From: an uncultured Gammaproteobacteria bacterium
Lineage (GTDB): Bacteria > Patescibacteriota > Patescibacteriia > VMEV01 > CAYQCH01
Length of the DNA stretch: 64,000 bases
Assembly: GCA_964352335.1 (NCBI GenBank)
Contig: CAYGRO010000001.1
Span: 125,942-189,941 of the forward strand
Direction of reading: 5' to 3'
Every line of letters starts with the position of its first letter. The first letter of the stretch is position 1. Below the pieces are notes generated by a model. That model saw only the letters and a program-made list of their open reading frames with translations. It searched no databases and had not been told where the DNA came from. Both the position numbers and the translations under genes were made by a program. Shown piece by piece: positions 27,725 to 36,907 of this stretch.

Positions 27725-28285
27725 ATGCGAAGAACGTATAGAAAAAAGAAATACAAGCCTGACAAAACACAATATCGTGCAAACGAGAAAATTCGCGTTC
27801 CCGAAGTTCGTCTTATTGACGAAAAAGGAGAAATGCTTGGTGTTATGCCAACAAAAGAGGCTTTAGCTCTTGCCCGAGAACGAAAATTAGATCTAGTAGA
27901 GGTGAATCCAACAGATGAACCACCATTGGCTAAATTCATGGATTTCGGGAAAATGCAGTATGAAAAAGAAAAATTAAAGCAAAAACAAAAGGCTAGCCAA
28001 AAAGTATTGGAAACAAAAGGAGTTCGACTTTCATTTAGAATGAGCGAACATGACCTAGAAACACGCAAAAGACAAGCTGTGAAATTCTTAGAAAAAGGTC
28101 ATAAAGTAAAAAGCGAACTCATTGTAAAAGGAAGAGAAAATGCTTTTCTTAAACAAGCATTCGACAAAGCAACTCTTTTCTTAGAACAAATACAAGAAGC
28201 AACAGAAGGAAAAGAACTTGTAATTGAACAAGCTCCAAAAAAAGAAGGACATCGTATTACTACTATTGTTTACATTAAAAAATAA
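27725..28285 (+). CDS. infC: Translation initiation factor IF-3
   Basis: NEKIRVPEVRLID, LDLVEV and K.MDFGK..YE motifs. Confidence 0.97.
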   Translation: MRRTYRKKKYKPDKTQYRANEKIRVPEVRLIDEKGEMLGVMPTKEALALARERKLDLVEVNPTDEPPLAKFMDFGKMQYEKEKLKQKQKASQKVLETKGVRLSFRMSEHDLETRKRQAVKFLEKGHKVKSELIVKGRENAFLKQAFDKATLFLEQIQEATEGKELVIEQAPKKEGHRITTIVYIKK

Positions 28286-28360
28286 TTGTATATGATGTAG
28301 ACGCAAGGCGAGAACTTTTCTCTCTCCTATCGCCTACATCCTACAACTTATCTAAAACCT

Positions 28361-28558
28361 ATGCCTAAGATGAAAACCCAGAAATCTGTTTCATCTCGAA
28401 TCGCGAAAACAAAAACAGGTAAATATAAAAGACGACGTGCTGGACAAGGTCACTTCAATTCTCGAGACACTGGTAATGCAGGTCGACGAAAGAAAAGTGA
28501 TATGCCTGTTTCTAAAGCAGAGCACAAAGCTTTAGACCAATTAATGCCTTATAACTAA
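28361..28558 (+). CDS. rpmI: 50S ribosomal protein L35
   Basis: MPKMKT.K...R; lies between infC and rplT. Confidence 0.95.
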   Translation: MPKMKTQKSVSSRIAKTKTGKYKRRRAGQGHFNSRDTGNAGRRKKSDMPVSKAEHKALDQLMPYN

Positions 28559-28605
28559 ATTGATGATCCAGTAGATTCCTAACAGAATTGCTGATTTATA
28601 AAACT

Positions 28606-28950
28606 ATGCCAAGAGTAAAACGTGGGATGATGCATGCAAAGCGTCGTCGAAATATCCTCAAACAAACAAAAGGATACTACGCTGGTCGAAAGAACTTGAT
28701 CAAGCTAGCCCAAACAGCCATCCTTAAAGCCGGTCAAAATTCTTTCCGAGACCGTCGAGATAAAAAGAGTACTCGTCGTCGATTATGGAATGTCCAAATC
28801 AATGCAGCCGCTCGATTAAACGGAACAAAATATAGCGCAATGATTGACGGAATGAAAAAGAAAAACATTGTACTAGACCGTAAAATCCTGGCCGACCTTG
28901 CAAATAACAACCCAGAAGTTTTCACAAAAGTTGTTGAAGCAATCAAATAA
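28606..28950 (+). CDS. rplT: 50S ribosomal protein L20
   Basis: MPRVKRG, RDRR.KK...R.LW..INAA and LDRKILADLA motifs. Confidence 0.97.
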   Translation: MPRVKRGMMHAKRRRNILKQTKGYYAGRKNLIKLAQTAILKAGQNSFRDRRDKKSTRRRLWNVQINAAARLNGTKYSAMIDGMKKKNIVLDRKILADLANNNPEVFTKVVEAIK

Positions 28951-29146
28951 GATTTCAAAAAACGTCCCTATGGACGTTTTTTTGTTTTCGGGAACCCTCC
29001 CTCGCTTATGCCTTTTAGGCATGGCGCATTTCCCTCCCTTTTCAAGAGAGGGAGAGCTGCATCATAAAAACAAATTTCCCTCTCTTGAAAAGGGAGGGAA
29101 ATGTTTAGTCCGCAAGGCTGGCTGAACGAGGGAGGGTTCCAGCTAC

Positions 29147-29653
29147 CTACATCTTCCGCGAATCATACGCCCAATGCAATAATGCTTGGCGTTGTTTTTT
29201 TCTACAAGATAAATCCCCTCTTACACAATTCTTTTTTATTTGTGCAATATGGCGAACCATTTGCCGCCAACGTTTTATTTGCCTGTCATCATCTATATGT
29301 CTGCGCCCCCAATAATACCTGCAATACCATTGAAACCAACCATGAGGATCATCTGGGTGAATCCATCCTTTTTTTTGCCAAACCTCTAATGGTTGAGAGG
29401 CAGAGACTTCAAAAAAATTATAGCTAGGTTCTTTTTCGTTTTTTGGATTTAACTTAGATTTGGTAAACCAAGATTTTGGAAACTCAGGTTCTCCACCAAT
29501 AAAATAATACCCACCAAAGACTCCAAGTTTGAGCATTTCCTTTGGAGTTAACTCTGGTTTAAAATCTGGATCAAAATTCTTCCCTATTGGCTCAATCAAT
29601 TCATAGGTATAGGTTTTCTTTTGAAGATTGTCTTTATGTTTAATGATTTTCAT
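29147..29653 (-). CDS. Conserved hypothetical protein
   Basis: LTPKEML.LGVFGG.Y, GWFQWYCRYY.GRR..DD.RQIKRW and RQALLHWAYD form a recognisable conserved motif set; function unknown. Confidence 0.8.
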   Translation of the reverse strand: MKIIKHKDNLQKKTYTYELIEPIGKNFDPDFKPELTPKEMLKLGVFGGYYFIGGEPEFPKSWFTKSKLNPKNEKEPSYNFFEVSASQPLEVWQKKGWIHPDDPHGWFQWYCRYYWGRRHIDDDRQIKRWRQMVRHIAQIKKNCVRGDLSCRKKQRQALLHWAYDSRKM

Positions 29654-29662
29654 ACGACCTAA

Positions 29663-29989
29663 TTATTTTCTTATAATACATCTAGTTATTTGAAACAAAA
29701 CCACGCCAACCATTCCGATAAGGATATCCCAAGTAAAATCTAAAGGCTGTTCGGTTGCAAAAATGAATTGCCCAGATGCGTTTTCCCAAAGCTCATAGAG
29801 AACAATAATCAAAAACGCCACTAGATACATTTTTACTCCTTTTAAAAACTGAGCAAGAATCAACCCTAAAAGAAAACCATTTATGAGATGAACCAAAGAC
29901 CAACCATCAAAATAAATCCAATCAGAAACATAAATCTCTTTAATCAGCCATTGTCGAATTGGATGATTTGCAAATAAGGGTTCTTGCAT
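29663..29989 (-). CDS. Small membrane protein (DxWSxxH...WExxE family)
   Basis: DGWSLVH, YELWEN and DI..G motifs; three TM segments. Confidence 0.7.
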   Translation of the reverse strand: MQEPLFANHPIRQWLIKEIYVSDWIYFDGWSLVHLINGFLLGLILAQFLKGVKMYLVAFLIIVLYELWENASGQFIFATEQPLDFTWDILIGMVGVVLFQITRCIIRK

Positions 29990-30111
29990 AAAACTTTTAC
30001 TTTAGTTAAAAATTCTTTTGATAAAGCCAGGCCGATCTGTTATAAATATAACATACGGAAGATAAATCTTCTTAAATTGTATTAATATTCTTAGACTTAA
30101 CGCATGATTTT

Positions 30112-30498
30112 ATGAAAGGATTTGTAGGAAATATTGAAAAACTCACTTTAGAAAATACCGATTATCGCCGAGTATTGTATACAGCAAAGAATAGCCAATT
30201 AGTTTTAATGAATATCCAACCCGGTGATGAAATTGGAGAAGAAACACATCATCTAGACCAATTTATTCGTCTTGAACAAGGAAATGGAAAAGCAATCTTA
30301 GATGATGTCGAACATGAAATTAAAGATGATTATGCCATTGTTATCCCATCTGGAACCAAACATAATGTCATCAATACCGGAACAGAAGAAATGAAACTCT
30401 ATTCAGTTTATTCTCCACCAAATCATCTTGATGGAACTGTTCATGTAACCAAAGCAGATGAAAGCGAAGAACATTTTGATGGAAAGACGACGGAATAA
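30112..30498 (+). CDS. Cupin domain protein
   Basis: RRVLYT...QLVLM...IGEETH..DQF and HNVIN motifs. Confidence 0.9.
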   Translation: MKGFVGNIEKLTLENTDYRRVLYTAKNSQLVLMNIQPGDEIGEETHHLDQFIRLEQGNGKAILDDVEHEIKDDYAIVIPSGTKHNVINTGTEEMKLYSVYSPPNHLDGTVHVTKADESEEHFDGKTTE

Positions 30499-30625
30499 TA
30501 CAACTTTTTTTCAATCGAAAAACACCTAGTTTAAAACCAGGTGTTTTTTGATTTTAGCTAAACCCTTGTCATATTAACTAATATCTGTTAACTTCCCCCT
30601 TAACCCAATACCTAAGGAGATTCCG

Positions 30626-30955
30626 TTGAATATTTTCTTCTACCCCAATTACATCAACTGCCAAGCGACGAGAAGTCTTTCGCCTTGGCTCTACAAACAG
30701 CTAGACGCGAGAGAAATCCCACTAGAGGAAATCTTCTGGGCGGGTGAACTCGATGCCATACTGCGAATCGAAAAGCCATCAATTATCCGAGCATCCTCTG
30801 TTATGAGGTGCCAAGAAAAAGACCTCGCCGAGGTTTGCCACCAAAAAGGACATTTTCTCTTCTACGACGACCACCACATCCTGCCATCGGGCAGAGTCTC
30901 GGGAAAAGAAGCTGAGCTCGCACTTCGCGAATGGCTCGACAGAAACGCCAATTAG
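30626..30955 (+). CDS. Hypothetical protein (ORFan)
   Basis: AAGGAG RBS before a TTG start; terminator hairpin after the stop. Confidence 0.6.
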   Translation: MNIFFYPNYINCQATRSLSPWLYKQLDAREIPLEEIFWAGELDAILRIEKPSIIRASSVMRCQEKDLAEVCHQKGHFLFYDDHHILPSGRVSGKEAELALREWLDRNAN

Positions 30956-31427
30956 CCCACGACGGAGTTCACCTCTGTTCGTGGGCTTCGTTGTTTATTG
31001 GAGTAATTGACAGCAAAACCAAAAAAAGGTTTAATCACCTTTCATGGATCTAGTATGGAGGTACTCTGTGAATAATACCGAGACGGTTTCGATCAAACTA
31101 TTCTTGTCCAAAGATGTCTTGGGAGAACCAATTTACACGGCCGAGGTCCACTGCCCTTCAAGGGAGGTCACACAAGGAACGGGAAATTGCGTCACGATAC
31201 AATTCCTCACCCATGTGATACGAGGCTTTCTCATTTCTTTTGGGAGAAAGTCTGGTGAAACCCCGGATGAGATTGTGGTGGAGCATGGTTCAAAAAGAAA
31301 AAACAAGCAAGTTACCGAAACCGAGCTTCAGACGGTAAAGCAAGCACTAAAGGAGTTCATCTAATCAAAAAAAACGGGAAGCGGCCCACGACGGAGTAAT
31401 CCATTCGTGGGCTTCGTTGTTTATTGG
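30955..31427 (+). repeat. Duplicated terminator-like hairpin (30955-31001 and 31384-31427) flanking an ORFan
   Basis: GCCCACGACGGAGT...TTCGTGGGCTTCGTTGTTTATTGG occurs twice in direct orientation. Confidence 0.85.
31044..31364 (+). CDS. Hypothetical protein (ORFan); start may be the GTG at 31068 after GGAGG
   Basis: TTGACA promoter-like sequence at ~31007; ORF lies between the duplicated hairpins. Confidence 0.6.
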   Translation: MDLVWRYSVNNTETVSIKLFLSKDVLGEPIYTAEVHCPSREVTQGTGNCVTIQFLTHVIRGFLISFGRKSGETPDEIVVEHGSKRKNKQVTETELQTVKQALKEFI

Positions 31428-31434
31428 GGCGAAA

Positions 31435-32151
31435 TTATGATCTAAAGTTTTCAAATGAATTATCACATTCATTTAATTGATTCTGATTCTCAGGGCTCTT
31501 GAGGAGAATATCTAAATAGGCCTTTGTTGAAATTAATTGATTCGCTCGTTCATAATCTATCTCTTCTGTACGAGAGACTAAATTGTTTGAAATAAGTTCT
31601 TGTCGCACTAATTCTAATTCATTTTGGTTTGCATCTACCGCCAGAACTGGTTGAATAAGAGCACAAGAAAAAACTTTAGAGGCTTCTTTTTCTTTAAGCA
31701 AATAAATCTTTGACCAACGTTCAACATATCCAGCACCTGTAGAGAAACCACTTCCACCTGCGCTAAATTCGTATTGTGTTAAAAGGTCTTGGCTATTAGA
31801 TTCACAGTATTCATAAGGAAGCATTTCACCAGAAGCTCTTACAAGCAATGAGCTATCACATCTTAAAGAAAGCTGAGCTTGATTTAAGCTTTTGTACATT
31901 CTATATGGCCCCGAGTAATCCGGATAATACCCCAGTGCACCAATGAGAAAAGCGTTATTTGATGCATACGCTTCAATAGCCATATCCAATTCATCAAGCG
32001 CATAATAATCTGGTATGCTTTGGTTTTTTGGTGATAGTAATGGAGCTGAACTTTCTTGTTCAATTGTCGTTGATTGTTTTTGCTCCCCGTTATTACAACT
32101 TGCCCCCAAAAGAAGGATAGCTGAAAGAGAGATGATAGATACGTATTTCAT
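31435..32151 (-). CDS. Lipoprotein of unknown function
   Basis: Lipobox LLLGASC after a basic/hydrophobic signal. Confidence 0.75.
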   Translation of the reverse strand: MKYVSIISLSAILLLGASCNNGEQKQSTTIEQESSAPLLSPKNQSIPDYYALDELDMAIEAYASNNAFLIGALGYYPDYSGPYRMYKSLNQAQLSLRCDSSLLVRASGEMLPYEYCESNSQDLLTQYEFSAGGSGFSTGAGYVERWSKIYLLKEKEASKVFSCALIQPVLAVDANQNELELVRQELISNNLVSRTEEIDYERANQLISTKAYLDILLKSPENQNQLNECDNSFENFRS

Positions 32152-32206
32152 ATAAACAGAATTTATCATAGAAAATATCCCTCTACAAATGAGGAGGGTG
32201 TTTTTC

Positions 32207-32626
32207 TTACGAGCTTAATTTCTTTTTCAGCAAATACCTAGTAAAGCCTTTTGGTAAATTATCTAACTGACCAGCTATCTCATATCCATTCTTTTTATAA
32301 AAATCTACGGATTGAAAATCATGGGTATCAAGATGAATACTATGACACCCTCTATTGAGCGCTTCTTTTTCTGCCATTTCAAGTAATTGTTTCCCAAAAC
32401 CTTTTCCTCTGTAGTTTTCATCAATCCAGAATGTATCTATATTTAGCCAATCCCAATAAGAGGTTCCTGTAATCCCTCCTTTAATTCCCCCTGAATCATC
32501 TCTAAGAAAAATCACTAAAGGTTTATTATTATCTTTTGGAGAATATTTTTCATTGTATTTTTGGAGTTGATCAAAAAGAAACTTTTTATCTTTTTCATTG
32601 GGTTGATCTTCAGTCTCTAGTCTCAT
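32207..32626 (-). CDS. GNAT family N-acetyltransferase
   Basis: W...YRGKGFGKQLL and LDTHDFQS.DFYKK.GY motifs. Confidence 0.92.
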   Translation of the reverse strand: MRLETEDQPNEKDKKFLFDQLQKYNEKYSPKDNNKPLVIFLRDDSGGIKGGITGTSYWDWLNIDTFWIDENYRGKGFGKQLLEMAEKEALNRGCHSIHLDTHDFQSVDFYKKNGYEIAGQLDNLPKGFTRYLLKKKLSS

Positions 32627-32833
32627 ATATTTTGAATCTAATTTTTCTCATAGTAACACAATAGCCCCAACTAGTTCCATGGATATCAAAAAAAAGACAG
32701 TAAAATTAGTGTACTTTCATGGCTGAGCCACGTGAACGGGAGCGTTCAATGTTGGTCCTGTCGCGTATAACCAGCAAGCTGGCACGCGACTCCCGCCTAC
32801 GAAAAAACAGCAGTACGAGCTGCTGTTTTTACG

Positions 32834-32894
32834 TGGCGGGCCGGACGAGAATCGAACTCGCGATCTTCTCCGTGACAGGGAGACGTGATAACCG
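32834..32894 (-). repeat. 61-bp duplicate of the tRNA-Asp 3' portion (att site)
   Basis: Identical to 37627-37687. Confidence 0.95.
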
Positions 32895-32908
32895 TTTGTG
32901 GAACGGAG

Positions 32909-34027
32909 CTATGGGTAAGTTTTAATGTTTTTCAATCTTGGGTACAGAATAGTGTCTTTGATGTCATCATGACATAATGCCCAAGTTATGAATCTTTCTA
33001 ATCCTAATCCAAACCCAGATGTTGTTTTATAATTAGGCATATCTCTTAGATCTATATACCACTGATATGATAATGGACTTATATTTTGTCTGTTTAATGA
33101 TTCTAAAATTTCTTCTGAAGAGTTTTGTCTTTCTCCACACCCAACAACTTCTCCTCCAAATGAGTTCTGAGTAATTGGTGGAAATATTAAGTCCCCATTG
33201 ATAACTTTGTCTGCATCATTCTCATCAGGTTTTTGGTAAAAAGGAACTCTATCTCTATCAAAATTTTTGATCCAGAATGGGGTTAAGAATTTGAAAATAT
33301 TAGCTAATTTTATTTCTCCTTCAGAAGAAATATCTCTGCCATGTTCCGTAAAGTTAATAAGTGATTCAAAACCATGCTTTTTTAGACTAGAAACAGCCTG
33401 ATCAAAAGAGATTGAAGGGAACGTCTTTGACTGCATTATTTTTGTTAAAGATAAATTAGTTTGTTCTGGATTTAAACTGATTTTATTAATAATTCTTGGC
33501 ATTTCTAAAAGTGTAGCTGCAAGATGTTTGATATAGGATTCTATTATTGGGTATAAAGAATCGAGATCCCCCAAGATTTCTGCTTCGCAATGAAAAAATT
33601 GATTTAAATGACGCTTGTCAGGGTCTTCTCCTCTCATAGATGGTAAATAGCAATATACTTTATCTATATTGTTCATAAGTATAGGTTCGAATCCAAACTG
33701 AGACGAATCGACTAGATTTGATACATGTTTACCAAACTGAATTGGTAGTGGTTCTGAGTCAGATCCTGGACCCATTGGAGATGAAACACTTGGTGTAATC
33801 ATAAATAAATCAATATTTTTGGCTCCAACTATATTACTAAAATAATAATCTGAAATTTTTTTCAAATAGTGTCTAAGAATTATTAAAGCACGGAAATAAT
33901 TGCTATTTGTAAGATCTTTATAATGAGAAGCAGGGTTATATTTTGGTATTGCGCAAGAATCTTTGTTTAGTGAAATAAAAATCTGGTCATCTTTAAACAT
34001 TTCCTCTTTCAGATTGTCGGGTATCAT
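32909..34027 (-). CDS. AsnRS/AspRS-like class IIb catalytic-domain-only protein (no anticodon OB fold)
   Basis: Motif 2 SMRGE...RHLNQF and motif 3 GFGLGLERF; PFYQ, GEVVGCGER, WYIDLR; N-terminus too short for an OB domain. Confidence 0.88.
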   Translation of the reverse strand: MIPDNLKEEMFKDDQIFISLNKDSCAIPKYNPASHYKDLTNSNYFRALIILRHYLKKISDYYFSNIVGAKNIDLFMITPSVSSPMGPGSDSEPLPIQFGKHVSNLVDSSQFGFEPILMNNIDKVYCYLPSMRGEDPDKRHLNQFFHCEAEILGDLDSLYPIIESYIKHLAATLLEMPRIINKISLNPEQTNLSLTKIMQSKTFPSISFDQAVSSLKKHGFESLINFTEHGRDISSEGEIKLANIFKFLTPFWIKNFDRDRVPFYQKPDENDADKVINGDLIFPPITQNSFGGEVVGCGERQNSSEEILESLNRQNISPLSYQWYIDLRDMPNYKTTSGFGLGLERFITWALCHDDIKDTILYPRLKNIKTYP

Positions 34028-34030
34028 AGA

Positions 34031-35023
34031 TTAATTCTCAATTATTTTAAATTCAACTGTCTCATTAACTATAGTTAACTCTGCTGTCCCTCCTATTGGC
34101 ATAGTAAGCAATGGCGAAGTATGACCAAAATCTACATTTGCTATGATAGGGATATCTTGTAGTTCTTGTTTTGATTTAATAATTTTCATTAATAAATCTT
34201 TAGACATTTTTGTTTCTTTTTGAAAACGTCCGATGCAGATAGCTTTTACTCCAGAAAAATCTGATTGATGTATTAGAGATTGAAGCTGTCTGTCGAATAA
34301 TTGAGGATTTATCTCAGCATCTTCTTCTAATATAAGAAGAGAGTCTTCCAACATTGGCCAGTATTCTGTCCCTTGAAGAGCATTAAGACATCTCATATGC
34401 CCTCCAATAATTCGTCCTAGAGCATGCCCCGTATTGATAATCCAATAACCAGAATTATCAATGAACTCTCTGTTTTCTTGATCAAGATACCATTGGTCGT
34501 CACTCCACTCTTTTGAGGGCTCGATATTAAAAGATTCCGAATTAGTGCAAGCTTTTTCAAAATAATCTTTTGTATAAGTAAAACCTTTTTTCATCGCCCA
34601 TGTAGAAAAATGAGGACCAATATAACAAATCATTCCTGTTTTAGTATTGATAGCATTTGCAAGAACTGTTATATCAGAGAAACCACAAAAAACCTTGGGG
34701 TTTTTTAAGATAAGGTCATAATCTATATATTGCAATAATTGATTAGCATTATATCCACCAATAACACTAAATATTGCATCTACAGTTGGGTCTTTAAATG
34801 CATCGTGTAAATCAGATACCCTAGATTCAACAGATGATGATATAAATTCATCTAATTCTGAAACATTTTTCCCGAATGATAACTTAAATCCGAATTTTTC
34901 TAAGTTTTTGATTGACTCTGCGATAATTTCATCAGTCAATAAACTTAAGCTTCTTGATGGTGCAATAATTCTTATATGATCACCTTTCTCAAGTTTCCTT
35001 GGTCGTATTGTATTTTTAATCAT
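34031..35023 (-). CDS. S66 peptidase, MccF (microcin C immunity)/LD-carboxypeptidase family
   Basis: IIAPS, GGYNANQLL, GFSDIT (Ser), LILEE (Glu) and DFGHT (His) motifs; Trp-containing loop WSDDQWY. Confidence 0.92.
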   Translation of the reverse strand: MIKNTIRPRKLEKGDHIRIIAPSRSLSLLTDEIIAESIKNLEKFGFKLSFGKNVSELDEFISSSVESRVSDLHDAFKDPTVDAIFSVIGGYNANQLLQYIDYDLILKNPKVFCGFSDITVLANAINTKTGMICYIGPHFSTWAMKKGFTYTKDYFEKACTNSESFNIEPSKEWSDDQWYLDQENREFIDNSGYWIINTGHALGRIIGGHMRCLNALQGTEYWPMLEDSLLILEEDAEINPQLFDRQLQSLIHQSDFSGVKAICIGRFQKETKMSKDLLMKIIKSKQELQDIPIIANVDFGHTSPLLTMPIGGTAELTIVNETVEFKIIEN

Positions 35024-35027
35024 AAAG

Positions 35028-36131
35028 TTATTCTGGTTTAGATAAAGCTTGTTTAGTCTTTAATTCATTAGTAGTTAGCTTTTGTCTTGATTCTAGATCT
35101 CGCTCAAGTGCTTTAATTATATCTATAAGAAGATGCGGCACACTAGGGTCTGTATCGAATGGTGCTCGCTCTTGAAAGCTAGTAATCATTTGCTCAAGAT
35201 CATCTATATTGATCCCTGATTTTGCCCGAAAGTAACTCAAAGATCTTACATATTCTTTCAATATTCTATTTCTATTATGCTGTCCAAAAGGACGGAGACC
35301 TTCTCCAAATAATAAACTCGAGGTGATTATAGAATCTTCGAATTTTCTTTTGATTGCTTCATTTTCAATTTTTTCCAATCCTAATACGGGGAGACAGTCT
35401 TGAACATGTTCTAATCCAAACATTTGTTTTAGAATCATGGTTGATCCTAGTGCCGTTTCAACTCCAAGTCCTTGCTTATCATTTTCAAGCATTATTATAT
35501 TTCCAATATCAGCAAATTCACCAGATTTAGCATTTCTAATAGCTATGTTAAAATTTCTTCCTCTAACTCCTTTGACACCTATTTTATGACGATAGAAAGA
35601 TAAGGGCTTTGTATCTACTTCCTTTGAAATAGTAGCTACAGTTTTTTCACAAGCATCTAAAAGATCATTGTCCGATGAGTGTATCCTTATTAATAAATCT
35701 TTATTTGAAACTCCTAATGCTTTTTGCAGAAATGAAAAAGCATTTGAACATGATTGCTCAAGCTGGTCAGGGTTGTTGAGAGCTCCAATGCTAGGGAAAT
35801 ATGACCCCCAGTTAGGATTATATTCATCATCGAACAATTTATTTGTATTCCTTGTTCTTAAACAATCTTGTTTAATATATAATCCTTCTTCCGGTATCCT
35901 GTCTTCAAGTAGATAAGGTTTTAGTACACTAATATGAGAGCCTATAAACCTAACCGTAGGGTCTATACCAGAGGTAACCAATAAGGGGGGCTCTTCTGTG
36001 TATCCTAAAGAATTGAAATGAGATTTGAACAATAGTACAAGTCTTTCAATATATTCTTTAGATTTTTCTTTGTTGAATTCTTTATCCGGCAAATGTTCGC
36101 TTATATGGCTTTGATCAAATTTTTCTGACAT
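35028..36131 (-). CDS. Truncated alanyl-tRNA synthetase-like protein (catalytic and helical domain only)
   Basis: F..HF..LGY...DPTVRF, QDCLR, DIGNI, VETALG and D.I.....F.EGLRP align by eye to the AlaRS N-terminal motifs; no editing or C-Ala domain. Confidence 0.75.
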   Translation of the reverse strand: MSEKFDQSHISEHLPDKEFNKEKSKEYIERLVLLFKSHFNSLGYTEEPPLLVTSGIDPTVRFIGSHISVLKPYLLEDRIPEEGLYIKQDCLRTRNTNKLFDDEYNPNWGSYFPSIGALNNPDQLEQSCSNAFSFLQKALGVSNKDLLIRIHSSDNDLLDACEKTVATISKEVDTKPLSFYRHKIGVKGVRGRNFNIAIRNAKSGEFADIGNIIMLENDKQGLGVETALGSTMILKQMFGLEHVQDCLPVLGLEKIENEAIKRKFEDSIITSSLLFGEGLRPFGQHNRNRILKEYVRSLSYFRAKSGINIDDLEQMITSFQERAPFDTDPSVPHLLIDIIKALERDLESRQKLTTNELKTKQALSKPE

Positions 36132-36133
36132 AT

Positions 36134-36907
36134 TTATATAAAAGTACAACTAATCATTATCAAAAACTTATTTCTTTTGAATAAGTTTTTAGCAATATAT
36201 CCAATAGTTTTAATAAAAAATTTAGGCGTTTCCATAATTAAAGGATTCCCGAAATAATCAATATTTATGGAGCCAACATTTTTGTTTGATGCTTTAGCTG
36301 CTACTTCAATAATATTTATTATTGATTTGGTAGAGTAAAAATGCTCTGTATCTAGTTTATATCCTGGAATGAATTTAAGATACTTTAAAATCCATGCTTT
36401 TAGCGTAGGGCCAGAATAGAAATTAGGCATACCAATAGCAATTGATCCATTTTTACTAGAGACCCTGATCATTTCTTTAATAATCAAACTTATTTCTTTA
36501 GGTTTATAGTGCTCAATAACTCCAATATTCCAAACAAAATCAAATGATTCATCTGGGATATTCATCTCAAATATATTACCCTCCTGATAAGTAATCTCAT
36601 TCTGGTTTAGCTTTTGTGATAAAAATTCAGCATATGTTAATGCCGAGGGAGAAATGTCTAATAGGGTTTTAGTATAATTACTATCTAATAGTAGCGTTGC
36701 TTTGCCAGAGCCGCAGCCAGGCTCAAGAATAGAATTATATTTGTTCTTTTGCATTATGGTGTTGCCAAAATAAGATAATTCTTCGTAATACTCTTCCCAC
36801 CAGTAGGAAGAGTACTTTTTGAAACTTGTTTGATTTAATTCATTAGAAAAAATTTTGCTCCACTGTTCGTTTTCATGCTGAATCATCTCATTTAAACTAT
36901 TACTCAT
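36134..36907 (-). CDS. Class I SAM-dependent methyltransferase
   Basis: ILEPGCGSG, LDIS and FDFVWNIGVIEH motifs. Confidence 0.9.
   Translation of the reverse strand: MSNSLNEMIQHENEQWSKIFSNELNQTSFKKYSSYWWEEYYEELSYFGNTIMQKNKYNSILEPGCGSGKATLLLDSNYTKTLLDISPSALTYAEFLSQKLNQNEITYQEGNIFEMNIPDESFDFVWNIGVIEHYKPKEISLIIKEMIRVSSKNGSIAIGMPNFYSGPTLKAWILKYLKFIPGYKLDTEHFYSTKSIINIIEVAAKASNKNVGSINIDYFGNPLIMETPKFFIKTIGYIAKNLFKRNKFLIMISCTFI

Noticed and set aside
27600-27725. L20 leader and non-AUG infC start
   Set aside because: Hairpins are present but I cannot match them to the L20 leader model, and an in-frame stop at 27713 leaves the ATG at 27725 as the start.
32834-32894. Second functional tRNA-Asp
   Set aside because: It lacks the first 15 nt, so there is no acceptor stem or complete D arm.
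32719-32925. ORFs overlapping the tRNA-Asp copies (32719..32925, 37611..37844, 37617..37829)
   Set aside because: They are translations of tRNA sequence.
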